IMG/VR virus record: IMGVR_UViG_3300031413_000013
Coordinates: 1 to 46,580 of that record
Direction: 5' to 3' (one strand)
DNA length: 46,580 bases
Origin: a virus
Part shown: positions 40,202 to 46,580 of the stretch, in pieces
Layout: each line of letters begins with the position of its first letter
How positions within the stretch are numbered: position 1 is the first letter of the stretch
Translations under genes and position numbers: made by a program
The notes under the pieces: model-generated
Database searches by the model: none
What the model was told of the DNA's origin: nothing
What the model saw: only the letters and a program-made list of their open reading frames with translations

Positions 40202-41043
40202 TCGAAGCTGATGACCGATCGGGCGCGACAACCGCAATACGGTTCCTGACCGGGCCGCGTCGGAGGCACTGTCTCAACGGTCTTGCCGTCGATCACGCCG
40301 CCAATGTCCGCCTTGTCGTCGCTGTAGATATGCCCGTTGCGTGCGACATGGGCAGCGCGCGGGTGTGCCTTCTGGCTATGGATCCACATCCACGTTGCAA
40401 TCCCAGCAGCGCGGCGCCGTTCGTCAGCCAGCGACGACGTGATCTTGCTGAGCTGATCCGAGGCCACGCGCAAAGACCGATCGCGCGCCATGCCCGTGCT
40501 CTCGCGGATCTGCTTCGCAACATCGCGGGCCGGCGTGCGGTTCGTGAGGCCTGAGAACACCGCGGAGCTGATGCGCTGGCGTGCCTGGTCACCGATATCG
40601 CGGACCAAGGCCACGTTCCAGTTGAGCGTCGTCTCGAGCGTCTGGGCCACGTCCTCCGGCCCGAGCATCGTTTGCAGGTCGACGTTGGTCGCGGCCAGCA
40701 CGGCGCCACGCCAAGCATCACGGGAACGCCGCTCAACTCGAATTGTCCAGTCGCGCATCGCCGGCCGCAGCAGCAGCACCAGCGAGGCAAGTTCCTGCCC
40801 CATGCGCTCGAATATGTTGGTGAGATCGTCGCCGCTGTCGGTGATCAGGGCGGATAGTGAGCGGGCGTACTCGGCGTTGGCCAACGCGGCGTAGCGGTCA
40901 ATCAGCGCTAGGACGGGACGGTACGAGCTCTGAAAAAGATCTGTCGCGAGCATTGCCGGTAGCGGAGTATCGCGGATCACCACTACACGCTTTCGGCGTC
41001 CGGGGTTGGCGCGCATTGCCATCGCGCGGAGGTCGAACCGCAC
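40198..41043 (-). CDS. Head morphogenesis protein (SPP1 gp7 / Mu F-like).
   Basis: The C-terminal ...WMWIHSQKAHPRAAHVARNGHIYS...EPYCGCRA... is typical of the Mu F family. It lies directly downstream of the portal gene. Confidence 0.7.
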   Translation of the reverse strand: MRFDLRAMAMRANPGRRKRVVVIRDTPLPAMLATDLFQSSYRPVLALIDRYAALANAEYARSLSALITDSGDDLTNIFERMGQELASLVLLLRPAMRDWTIRVERRSRDAWRGAVLAATNVDLQTMLGPEDVAQTLETTLNWNVALVRDIGDQARQRISSAVFSGLTNRTPARDVAKQIRESTGMARDRSLRVASDQLSKITSSLADERRRAAGIATWMWIHSQKAHPRAAHVARNGHIYSDDKADIGGVIDGKTVETVPPTRPGQEPYCGCRARSVISFD

Positions 41044-41046
41044 CGA

Positions 41047-43017
41047 TCACGCCTCGCGCGTCGTGTCGATGACTTCGAAGATCTCCGGCCCCAGCACAAT
41101 CTTGCCGCGGTACGGCTCGACGTTGGTCAGGTCGACCGGCTCGCCAGTGAGCGAGATATGCGGCGTGAAGTCAGGGAAGTCCCACGATGCGCCAGCCTCC
41201 CGCATTTCACGGTTGCGCCAGGCTAGATCGGACGACGCGAACATCAGCACAGCGGTACGATTGCCCAGCGGCTCGACCACTCGGGGACCGCCTGCGGTGA
41301 TCACCATCTCGCCAGTGCCCTTGCCGTTGAAGTCGCGGAAGTCCGAGCCCATCGCGATCCAGTCGACAGGCGTCGTGCTGTAGGTGATCGTGGTGTGCAG
41401 ATCATCCTGCAGATCGGGCAGCCCCTGAGACTTTGCCCACGCCTTGAGATCCGCGACGTTGACGACCTTGCGGCTCACATAGAGCGGCCGTGGCGTCGCA
41501 TCGTTGAGAAGCGCGTCATTGGCAGCACGACGCCGGAGAACGCTTCCATCGCTCCCGGCCCCGGCTAGAACAGGATCACCTCCTTCCGATTGGATGACTG
41601 ACGGATCTGGTGCAGCGGGATCGGCGGGCGCGGACTGGCCAATGCCATACCGTTCCTCCTCGCTCATATCCCCGAGCTTCTGAATGGCGCCGGGCATCCA
41701 CCCGTTCGTCTCGACGACACCCTGTACGCCAGCATTGAACGCGAGCTCTGGCATCACGCCCATGTCGCGGATCTTGCCGAGCGCGGTCACGGTCTTGTCG
41801 AACCGTTCGGCCTCGTCCTTCGGGTTGGCCTTCGAGAGCGGCGAGAAAACCCATGTGTTGTCCGTGTCGTTCGCGACGCCTGCGGATGGCAGCAGCACCT
41901 CGTCCAGCTTCTCGAGGCATGGACGTACCTCAAGCTCCTGCGAGGCATGCGTAGCGTCGTGATAGTTCGCGAGATCGCTGTCACCCGTGGCATTCATGCC
42001 GCCCGGCGATCGACCCATAAGGCGCGTGAACGGGATATCCGCAACGGCCGACACCCGCTGGTCAAGCGAGTCCTGCATGGCCGGAATGCCGGTGAAGTTG
42101 ACCTGATAGTCGTCGATCTTCTCGCCGCCCTCGGTGCCACCAGTCCCATTGCTGGTCGGCAAGCTGTAGAGCGTGGCGTTCAGCGTGTTCTCGCCCTGTG
42201 CAATCAGCGCGACGCGAGCGTTCAGCGTGGCCTGGTCGAACTCGGTGATGTTCGAGATGCCGAACCGGAGCAGCTTGGCCTTCTTGATCAGCTCGGCGAA
42301 CCACTTGGCGCCGTTGTCGCTGCGGGCGACCTCGGTCATCACGCGCAGGATGCGGGCGCGGCCCCAATAGCGGTCTTCCGTCGATACCGTGCCCGACATG
42401 ACCGGGTAAGGCTCGCCACGGAATGCGATGACGCGGCTGGGGTGGATGCGGACCGATCCACCCTTGCTCTCGACTTTGAAGAACTCAGGCTCGCCATAGG
42501 TCGGGCTAGTCAGCACCTCGTTGATGTTCTCAAGCTGCAACTGGCGACGGCTGACGACGTTGACCGCCTCCAAACCGCCCTCGCTGGGAATGGGTGCGGG
42601 TGATGCGGGATCACCGGGCAGCGCGAGGATGAGGGCGCCACCACCAAGGCCGCGCAGCACTTCCGCCGCCTTCACCTTGGATCTGATCGCCAGCCGCTTT
42701 TCCTCGGCCTCGATCTTCTGCTGGTCTTCATCGGTTGCCTGCCAGTCGCGCCAAGCCCGCGTGCGATCAGCAGCGGGGATGTCGATGGTCTTTTGAAGGA
42801 GGCCCGACCCGAGGTATGCGGCGAACGCGAAATCGAGGCTGAACATGCCCCCTAGCGCCGACTGCTGATAACCCTGTGCGAAGCCCTGGACCGAAGCGAG
42901 CGCGCTCCCGATACCTGCATCATTGGCCGCGATACGAACCGGTGAGGACTGAGGGCGCATCGGAACGCCTGCGCTATCGAGGATGCCGGCCATGCTCACC
43001 GGGTTATGGCTGGTCAT
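41047..43017 (-). CDS. Portal protein fused to a C-terminal 2H-phosphoesterase (LigT/Acb1-like) domain (656 aa).
   Basis: Position between the TerL and head-morphogenesis genes. The last roughly 175 aa contain DLHTTITYS (DNA about 41381-41410) and TPHISLTG (about 41146-41165), which are the paired H-x-T/S-x motifs. Confidence 0.7.
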   Translation of the reverse strand: MTSHNPVSMAGILDSAGVPMRPQSSPVRIAANDAGIGSALASVQGFAQGYQQSALGGMFSLDFAFAAYLGSGLLQKTIDIPAADRTRAWRDWQATDEDQQKIEAEEKRLAIRSKVKAAEVLRGLGGGALILALPGDPASPAPIPSEGGLEAVNVVSRRQLQLENINEVLTSPTYGEPEFFKVESKGGSVRIHPSRVIAFRGEPYPVMSGTVSTEDRYWGRARILRVMTEVARSDNGAKWFAELIKKAKLLRFGISNITEFDQATLNARVALIAQGENTLNATLYSLPTSNGTGGTEGGEKIDDYQVNFTGIPAMQDSLDQRVSAVADIPFTRLMGRSPGGMNATGDSDLANYHDATHASQELEVRPCLEKLDEVLLPSAGVANDTDNTWVFSPLSKANPKDEAERFDKTVTALGKIRDMGVMPELAFNAGVQGVVETNGWMPGAIQKLGDMSEEERYGIGQSAPADPAAPDPSVIQSEGGDPVLAGAGSDGSVLRRRAANDALLNDATPRPLYVSRKVVNVADLKAWAKSQGLPDLQDDLHTTITYSTTPVDWIAMGSDFRDFNGKGTGEMVITAGGPRVVEPLGNRTAVLMFASSDLAWRNREMREAGASWDFPDFTPHISLTGEPVDLTNVEPYRGKIVLGPEIFEVIDTTREA

Positions 43018-43208
43018 GGCTGGGGTTTGCCGCCGTCAGCTATCCGAGCTCGTCGCCTGCGTTGCCGAATGCGCGCCATTACAGCAGTCTTGAGCCGCTT
43101 TGCCTCCGCGGCCATCGCCGCAGCCCGTGCCAGATCGTCGCGATCGGCCTGTGTCACGCTGCTCATGGAAAGCGTGACTTGTGTCCGATAACTGTCGTTA
43201 CCGGACAT
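43014..43208 (-). CDS. Hypothetical protein (64 aa).
   Basis: The internal ATG at 43206-43208 was chosen; the stop overlaps the portal start. Confidence 0.5.
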   Translation of the reverse strand: MSGNDSYRTQVTLSMSSVTQADRDDLARAAAMAAEAKRLKTAVMARIRQRRRRARIADGGKPQP

Positions 43209-43218
43209 AGAAACGGGC

Positions 43219-44478
43219 TCACCCGAGCAGCTTCCGCATGTCGAACTTGGCGCGACGCGTGGACTCCAGCGCGTACCGGATCGCGTCAATCATGTGGTTG
43301 TCCTTATCCGCTAACACCGGGATTACCTGACCTGTCAGCGTGTCCACCTTCCACGAATACAAGCTCAGCTCGTCAACGACGTGCGTGCAGCGCGGATGCA
43401 CAACGATGTCGTAGGACTTCATGAACTCGATACCGTCCTCAACTGAGCCCGAACCCTTCTTGGCGCTGCCGATCGTGAACCCCTGCCGGTTCATGTAGCT
43501 GATCGTCTCAGGGCGCGCGCTGTCCGCGGTGATCGGCCATTTGCGGGACAGTGGCACGCGATCGAACAGGGCTGGCGTGTTGTCGATCTCACAACCAACT
43601 GCATACGCCTCGTAGTCGATGAACAGCGTTCGGCCATCTGGGTCGGCGACTGCCTTGCCCTCGACCATGCGGCCCAGGAACATGCGGACGAGCACGGACG
43701 GATCGACCGAGAAGCCCCAATCCGCGCCGAAATAGAACCGTGCATCGTCAGGCGTCTCGAAGCGGTCAGTGGTCCAGTTCTTGAACACCCTCGCCTCGCT
43801 GTTACGCTGGTACTCGCCAAGCCAGATGTGCGCGTATTTGTCGGGGTCGCGCTTCTGGTCCCACTCCATTTCCTGCCGCAGCTCGGACGGGAACCATGGG
43901 TTCTCGGTGTAATTGACGCGTCGCACGATCGAGCCAGGCGGAGGGGTGCCGCCACGAAACATGACGTCGATCGGATCTTTCGCCTCGCCCGGGTTCCAAT
44001 CCCACCAGATCTCAGAGCCGGGTGATCGCACAGTCGGGGTCAGCACCTGAATACTGTTCTGGCTGACCGCGCGCGCCTCGCTGACATAGGCGATGTCGAT
44101 GCCCTCCATCGACTTGATGCTGTCGACGTTGGTGCGGAGGCCGGCAAACTTGAACGTCGTGCCGTTACGGCCACGAATCTCAGCCTTCAAGCTTTCGAAG
44201 AACCCGTCGCCGTTCGTCGGACCGAAGCCCATCGCCGGGATTTTGTCTTCAAGCAACTGCTTCACCGATGCGTCGATCGACCGCTGTATCTCACGGGCGC
44301 ACAGGATGCGCGTAGGACGCTCAACGCCGCGCAGGACCAACCCTGAGCCGAAGCTATGCGACTTTGCGCTCCCACGGCCTCCCCAGGCGGCTCTGTGGCG
44401 CACTGGCAGGCCATCGTCGGCTACCCGTGCGGTCAGGAGCTCGCAAAAGACGTCGGGGAGCTCAACCCTCGCTAGCAT
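43219..44478 (-). CDS. Terminase large subunit (PBSX-type).
   Basis: There is a Walker A-like motif AAWGGRGSAKSHS. The 419-aa ORF follows the small terminase gene and has a C-terminal nuclease region. Confidence 0.85.
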   Translation of the reverse strand: MLARVELPDVFCELLTARVADDGLPVRHRAAWGGRGSAKSHSFGSGLVLRGVERPTRILCAREIQRSIDASVKQLLEDKIPAMGFGPTNGDGFFESLKAEIRGRNGTTFKFAGLRTNVDSIKSMEGIDIAYVSEARAVSQNSIQVLTPTVRSPGSEIWWDWNPGEAKDPIDVMFRGGTPPPGSIVRRVNYTENPWFPSELRQEMEWDQKRDPDKYAHIWLGEYQRNSEARVFKNWTTDRFETPDDARFYFGADWGFSVDPSVLVRMFLGRMVEGKAVADPDGRTLFIDYEAYAVGCEIDNTPALFDRVPLSRKWPITADSARPETISYMNRQGFTIGSAKKGSGSVEDGIEFMKSYDIVVHPRCTHVVDELSLYSWKVDTLTGQVIPVLADKDNHMIDAIRYALESTRRAKFDMRKLLG

Positions 44479-44764
44479 CAGCTGGCTTTACCCATCGGAT
44501 CTCGACGCTGTGCGGGATTGCATCGCCATCCGGACCGGAAAGCTCGACGGACTGGGAAGGCCTGCCCCAGCCACGGTCGAGCAGATCGCTTGCTGCGGCC
44601 TTGCGGGCGGCATGTGGCGCAGCTTCATCGATCATGATCTTGGCGAGTGTCTCGACCGCGGTCAGGGTGTACTCCCGCGCCAGATCACGCAAGGAGCGCC
44701 CGTCAGCCATGACAGCTTTAGGGCGCCCTGAGGGATTGCCGGACTGGCCTTTCTCAAAAGCCAT
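44462..44764 (-). CDS. Terminase small subunit (DUF5681-like).
   Basis: The N-terminal MAFEKGQSGNPSGRPKA motif is typical of this small terminase family. Confidence 0.7.
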   Translation of the reverse strand: MAFEKGQSGNPSGRPKAVMADGRSLRDLAREYTLTAVETLAKIMIDEAAPHAARKAAASDLLDRGWGRPSQSVELSGPDGDAIPHSVEIRWVKPADASEG

Positions 44765-44823
44765 TACGCGACCGCGACGATTGTTGATGCGTCGTTGGTA
44801 ACAATGAGCCTAGCCATAACCTG

Positions 44824-45042
44824 CTACCCCTGCCCTTTGCCGCTACCGGGCGTTACCGCCTTCGCAGCAGCCCGGTATTCATCCCGCATCTGACGAAGCC
44901 GAGCAGGTCCGCTCGCCGTGAAATACCGCTGTGCCGCGCGCTTGCCGAACATCTGCTGGCATACGCTGTGGCCGTACTTGACGAAGGTGTCGGCGTACTC
45001 GACCGGGACCGGGCGGGGCTGCTTGGTGCTGTAGGCTTTCAT
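44824..45042 (-). CDS. Hypothetical protein (72 aa).
   Basis: The internal ATG at 45040-45042 forms an ATGA overlap with the upstream stop. Confidence 0.5.
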   Translation of the reverse strand: MKAYSTKQPRPVPVEYADTFVKYGHSVCQQMFGKRAAQRYFTASGPARLRQMRDEYRAAAKAVTPGSGKGQG

Positions 45043-45635
45043 GCCGCTTCTCCCTCGTTGATAACGCCAAAGCCGCTCTCGGCGGAGGCTTGGATCAGAT
45101 CGTATGCGTATGACCGCCAGCGAGGCGTCGGCAGGCGGTTCCACATGCGCCAGAGTTCAGTCGCGAGCCGCTCGGCCTGCTCTTCTGAGTCCTCGTCCCA
45201 GAGTGCCCCCTGGGCCTTCTTGTGCTCAATGATGTGGTGCGACGCGACCTTGGTGGTCCACCGTTCCAATGAAGCCTGCTTGAGCATGGGAAGCCGAGCC
45301 TCGGGTTCGATACTCCCGAGTTTCTGGTGCACCTCGAAGGAGACGTTGTCTGCCCGGATGCCTTCCGGGTAGTTGGCAGCGGTCTTTGCCATCTCGCCCA
45401 GCTTGCGGACGTCGATCGAGAGCTGCTCAGCCATGAACGGGAATTTGTGCTGGAAATGGTCGCGGCCGAACTTCGCCCAGTCAGCAATTAACCAATGCGA
45501 GCGGCGCTGGTTTGATGCCAAGCTATGCCCCAGATGACACCACGCTTCGAACGTCGTGTCATCAGGCAGGTTCAGACCGATAGCGCTCTCGCTAACCGCG
45601 ACAACTTCCGGTTCAATTACCACTAGCGCGTTCAC
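45039..45635 (-). CDS. Hypothetical protein (198 aa, GTG start).
   Basis: Long ORF. Its N terminus MNALVVIEPE is shared with the upstream gene. Confidence 0.6.
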   Translation of the reverse strand: MNALVVIEPEVVAVSESAIGLNLPDDTTFEAWCHLGHSLASNQRRSHWLIADWAKFGRDHFQHKFPFMAEQLSIDVRKLGEMAKTAANYPEGIRADNVSFEVHQKLGSIEPEARLPMLKQASLERWTTKVASHHIIEHKKAQGALWDEDSEEQAERLATELWRMWNRLPTPRWRSYAYDLIQASAESGFGVINEGEAA

Positions 45636-46147
45636 TTTGCGTCCCCCCGTGTCGTCGTAGCTTCTTTCGTCGTCATCGGCGTCGGGTGTGCGCCGGCCGT
45701 TGTGCGGAGGTGGCCTGCGTCGTCCGCAGGCTCAAAGCGGCCATCCATAAATTCCGCCTCGCTACGAACCCAGAGTTTGCCGTCATCGCCTCGGTACACG
45801 ACCATCGTCGCTCCATCGGCTAGTGCGATGCTATTAACCTGCAACTCCGCTCGCCCGACGACCTCGTACACCGTGCCGCGCTTGACGTGGCGGTACCGCT
45901 CTGGAGGCTCGACAGTCGATGTCTGCGCTTTCGAGCGAGCCAGAGCATTTGATAATTGCGGGCCAATCCAATCGAGAACGCCAATAGCAACCTGCGCCTC
46001 GTCAGGTTCAATGAACGCGCCGTTGACCATCGCGCCACCCGCTGCGATGATCCTTGTCCATCGGACACGGCTCTCTGCCGCACTATCGCTGATGCGCTTG
46101 ATGGCGTCCTGAAGCTGCTCCGGTTCGATCGTCACTAGCGCGTTCAT
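45632..46147 (-). CDS. Hypothetical protein (171 aa).
   Basis: The internal ATG at 46145-47 (MNALVTIEPEQLQ...) was chosen. It forms an ATGA overlap with the 45-aa ORF upstream. Confidence 0.6.
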   Translation of the reverse strand: MNALVTIEPEQLQDAIKRISDSAAESRVRWTRIIAAGGAMVNGAFIEPDEAQVAIGVLDWIGPQLSNALARSKAQTSTVEPPERYRHVKRGTVYEVVGRAELQVNSIALADGATMVVYRGDDGKLWVRSEAEFMDGRFEPADDAGHLRTTAGAHPTPMTTKEATTTRGDAK

Positions 46148-46281
46148 ACTTCCCCCTGCATTGTCGTGGCCTGTTGCGTGGTCATCGGTGTTGGATATGC
46201 CCCGGGCTTGCGCCATCCGCGGTCGCACTGGACCCAGCCGTGAGAGCGGAGCCATGCGGTGCCTTCGTCCTTGGTCTTCAT
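46144..46281 (-). CDS. Small hypothetical protein (45 aa; below the ORF-track cutoff).
   Basis: Manual translation gives MKTKDEGTAWLRSHGWVQCDRGWRKPGAYPTPMTTQQATTMQGEV*. An AGGGAGAG ribosome-binding site lies upstream. Confidence 0.5.
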   Translation of the reverse strand: MKTKDEGTAWLRSHGWVQCDRGWRKPGAYPTPMTTQQATTMQGEV

Positions 46282-46334
46282 GCGGGCTCTCCCTTTGCTG
46301 GTCTCTCGAGAGTGGCGGGGATCATCGCGCAGCC

Positions 46335-46580
46335 TCAGAACGGCACATCGTCGTCGAGGTCGTCACCGAACCCCCCGGTTTGAGCACCACCCGAAGCGCG
46401 CTGATTTCCGCCGTTTTTGGCATCATTACCGGTGTTGCCGGCAGCGCCCCCGCTCGGGCCGTCGAGCATCGTCAGCACGCTGTTGAAGCCCTGCAGCACG
46501 ATCTCGGTCGAATACTTGTCCTGGCCCTGCGCGTCCTGCCATTTGCGGGTCTGGAGCGCGCCCTCGATATAGACCTTCGA
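46335..46580 (-). CDS. ssb: SSB C-terminal part: Gly-rich linker and acidic tip ...[12 protein letters not shown].
   Basis: Reverse translation ends [21 protein letters not shown], with the stop at 46335-46337. This is the canonical SSB C-terminal tip motif. Confidence 0.9.
   Translation of the reverse strand, partial: SKVYIEGALQTRKWQDAQGQDKYSTEIVLQGFNSVLTMLDGPSGGAAGNTGNDAKNGGNQRASGGAQTGGFGDDLDDDVPF
46466..46580. repeat. Terminal overlap copy 2, identical to 1-115.
   Basis: Same 115-nt string as the window start. Confidence 0.95.

Noticed and set aside
46148-46255. N-terminal extension of the 207-aa ORF (MAPLSRLGPVRPRMAQARGISNTDDH...).
   Set aside because: The same DNA encodes, in another frame, a 45-aa ORF with a good ribosome-binding site and an ATGA junction to the internal ATG at 46145-47. 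The extension is Arg/Pro-rich and lacks a ribosome-binding site.
1-46580. CRISPR arrays, rRNA genes, reverse transcriptase/retron genes, and toxin-antitoxin or CBASS-type defence operons.
   Set aside because: No spaced direct-repeat arrays and no rRNA-like segments were seen. None of the ORF translations showed reverse-transcriptase (YxDD) or cyclase signatures.

Overview
The window is a complete, circularly closed genome of about 46.47 kb. Bases 1-115 are identical to 46466-46580, and an ssb gene is split across that junction. It is a temperate, siphovirus-like phage with high GC content. The host is probably an alphaproteobacterium, inferred from a GapR/DUF2312 homologue, gene-transfer-agent (GTA)-like tail genes and a tRNA-Pro attP; this is inference, not proof.

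Layout:
- An immunity switch at about 5.1-5.6 kb has a 15-bp palindromic operator, TTCGCA-N3-TGCGAA, in two clusters flanking a CI-like gene.
- A leftward early operon contains a Cro-like gene, T5orf172, DUF551, HTH proteins, an HNH-like protein, GapR, VRR-NUC and SSB. It runs across the junction into the packaging, head, tail and lysis genes, all on the minus strand, from 46.3 kb down to 16.9 kb.
- A rightward early operon (5.6-13.5 kb) carries a Rad52/Sak-like annealing protein, a Ref/DUF968-like HNH protein, a minimal nucleotidyltransferase and a Lar-like gene. It ends in xis-int and an attP core that equals the 3' 46 nt of a tRNA-Pro(CGG).
- A small accessory island (14.9-16.9 kb) follows, with its own RHH regulator and promoter.

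Most notable observations:
1. An intact TnpB RNA-guided-nuclease gene has no tnpA. It sits inside the 3' end of the Lar-like gene, bracketed by a 10-bp direct repeat. Removing it restores a clean gene junction.
2. The portal protein carries a C-terminal 2H-phosphoesterase domain (LigT/Acb1-like, two HxT/S motifs).
3. A roughly 140-nt structured non-coding element, closed by an 11-bp stem, lies in the only long non-coding gap.
4. The tail region encodes three predicted polysaccharide-acting enzymes: two SGNH-esterase fibres and a signal-peptide GH5.
5. Several reverse-strand or secreted 'moron' genes are embedded in the structural operon.
6. A run of nine A residues is a -1 frameshift site in the tail chaperone.

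No rRNA, complete tRNA or CRISPR array was seen. All family assignments come from motif recognition by eye; no searches were run.
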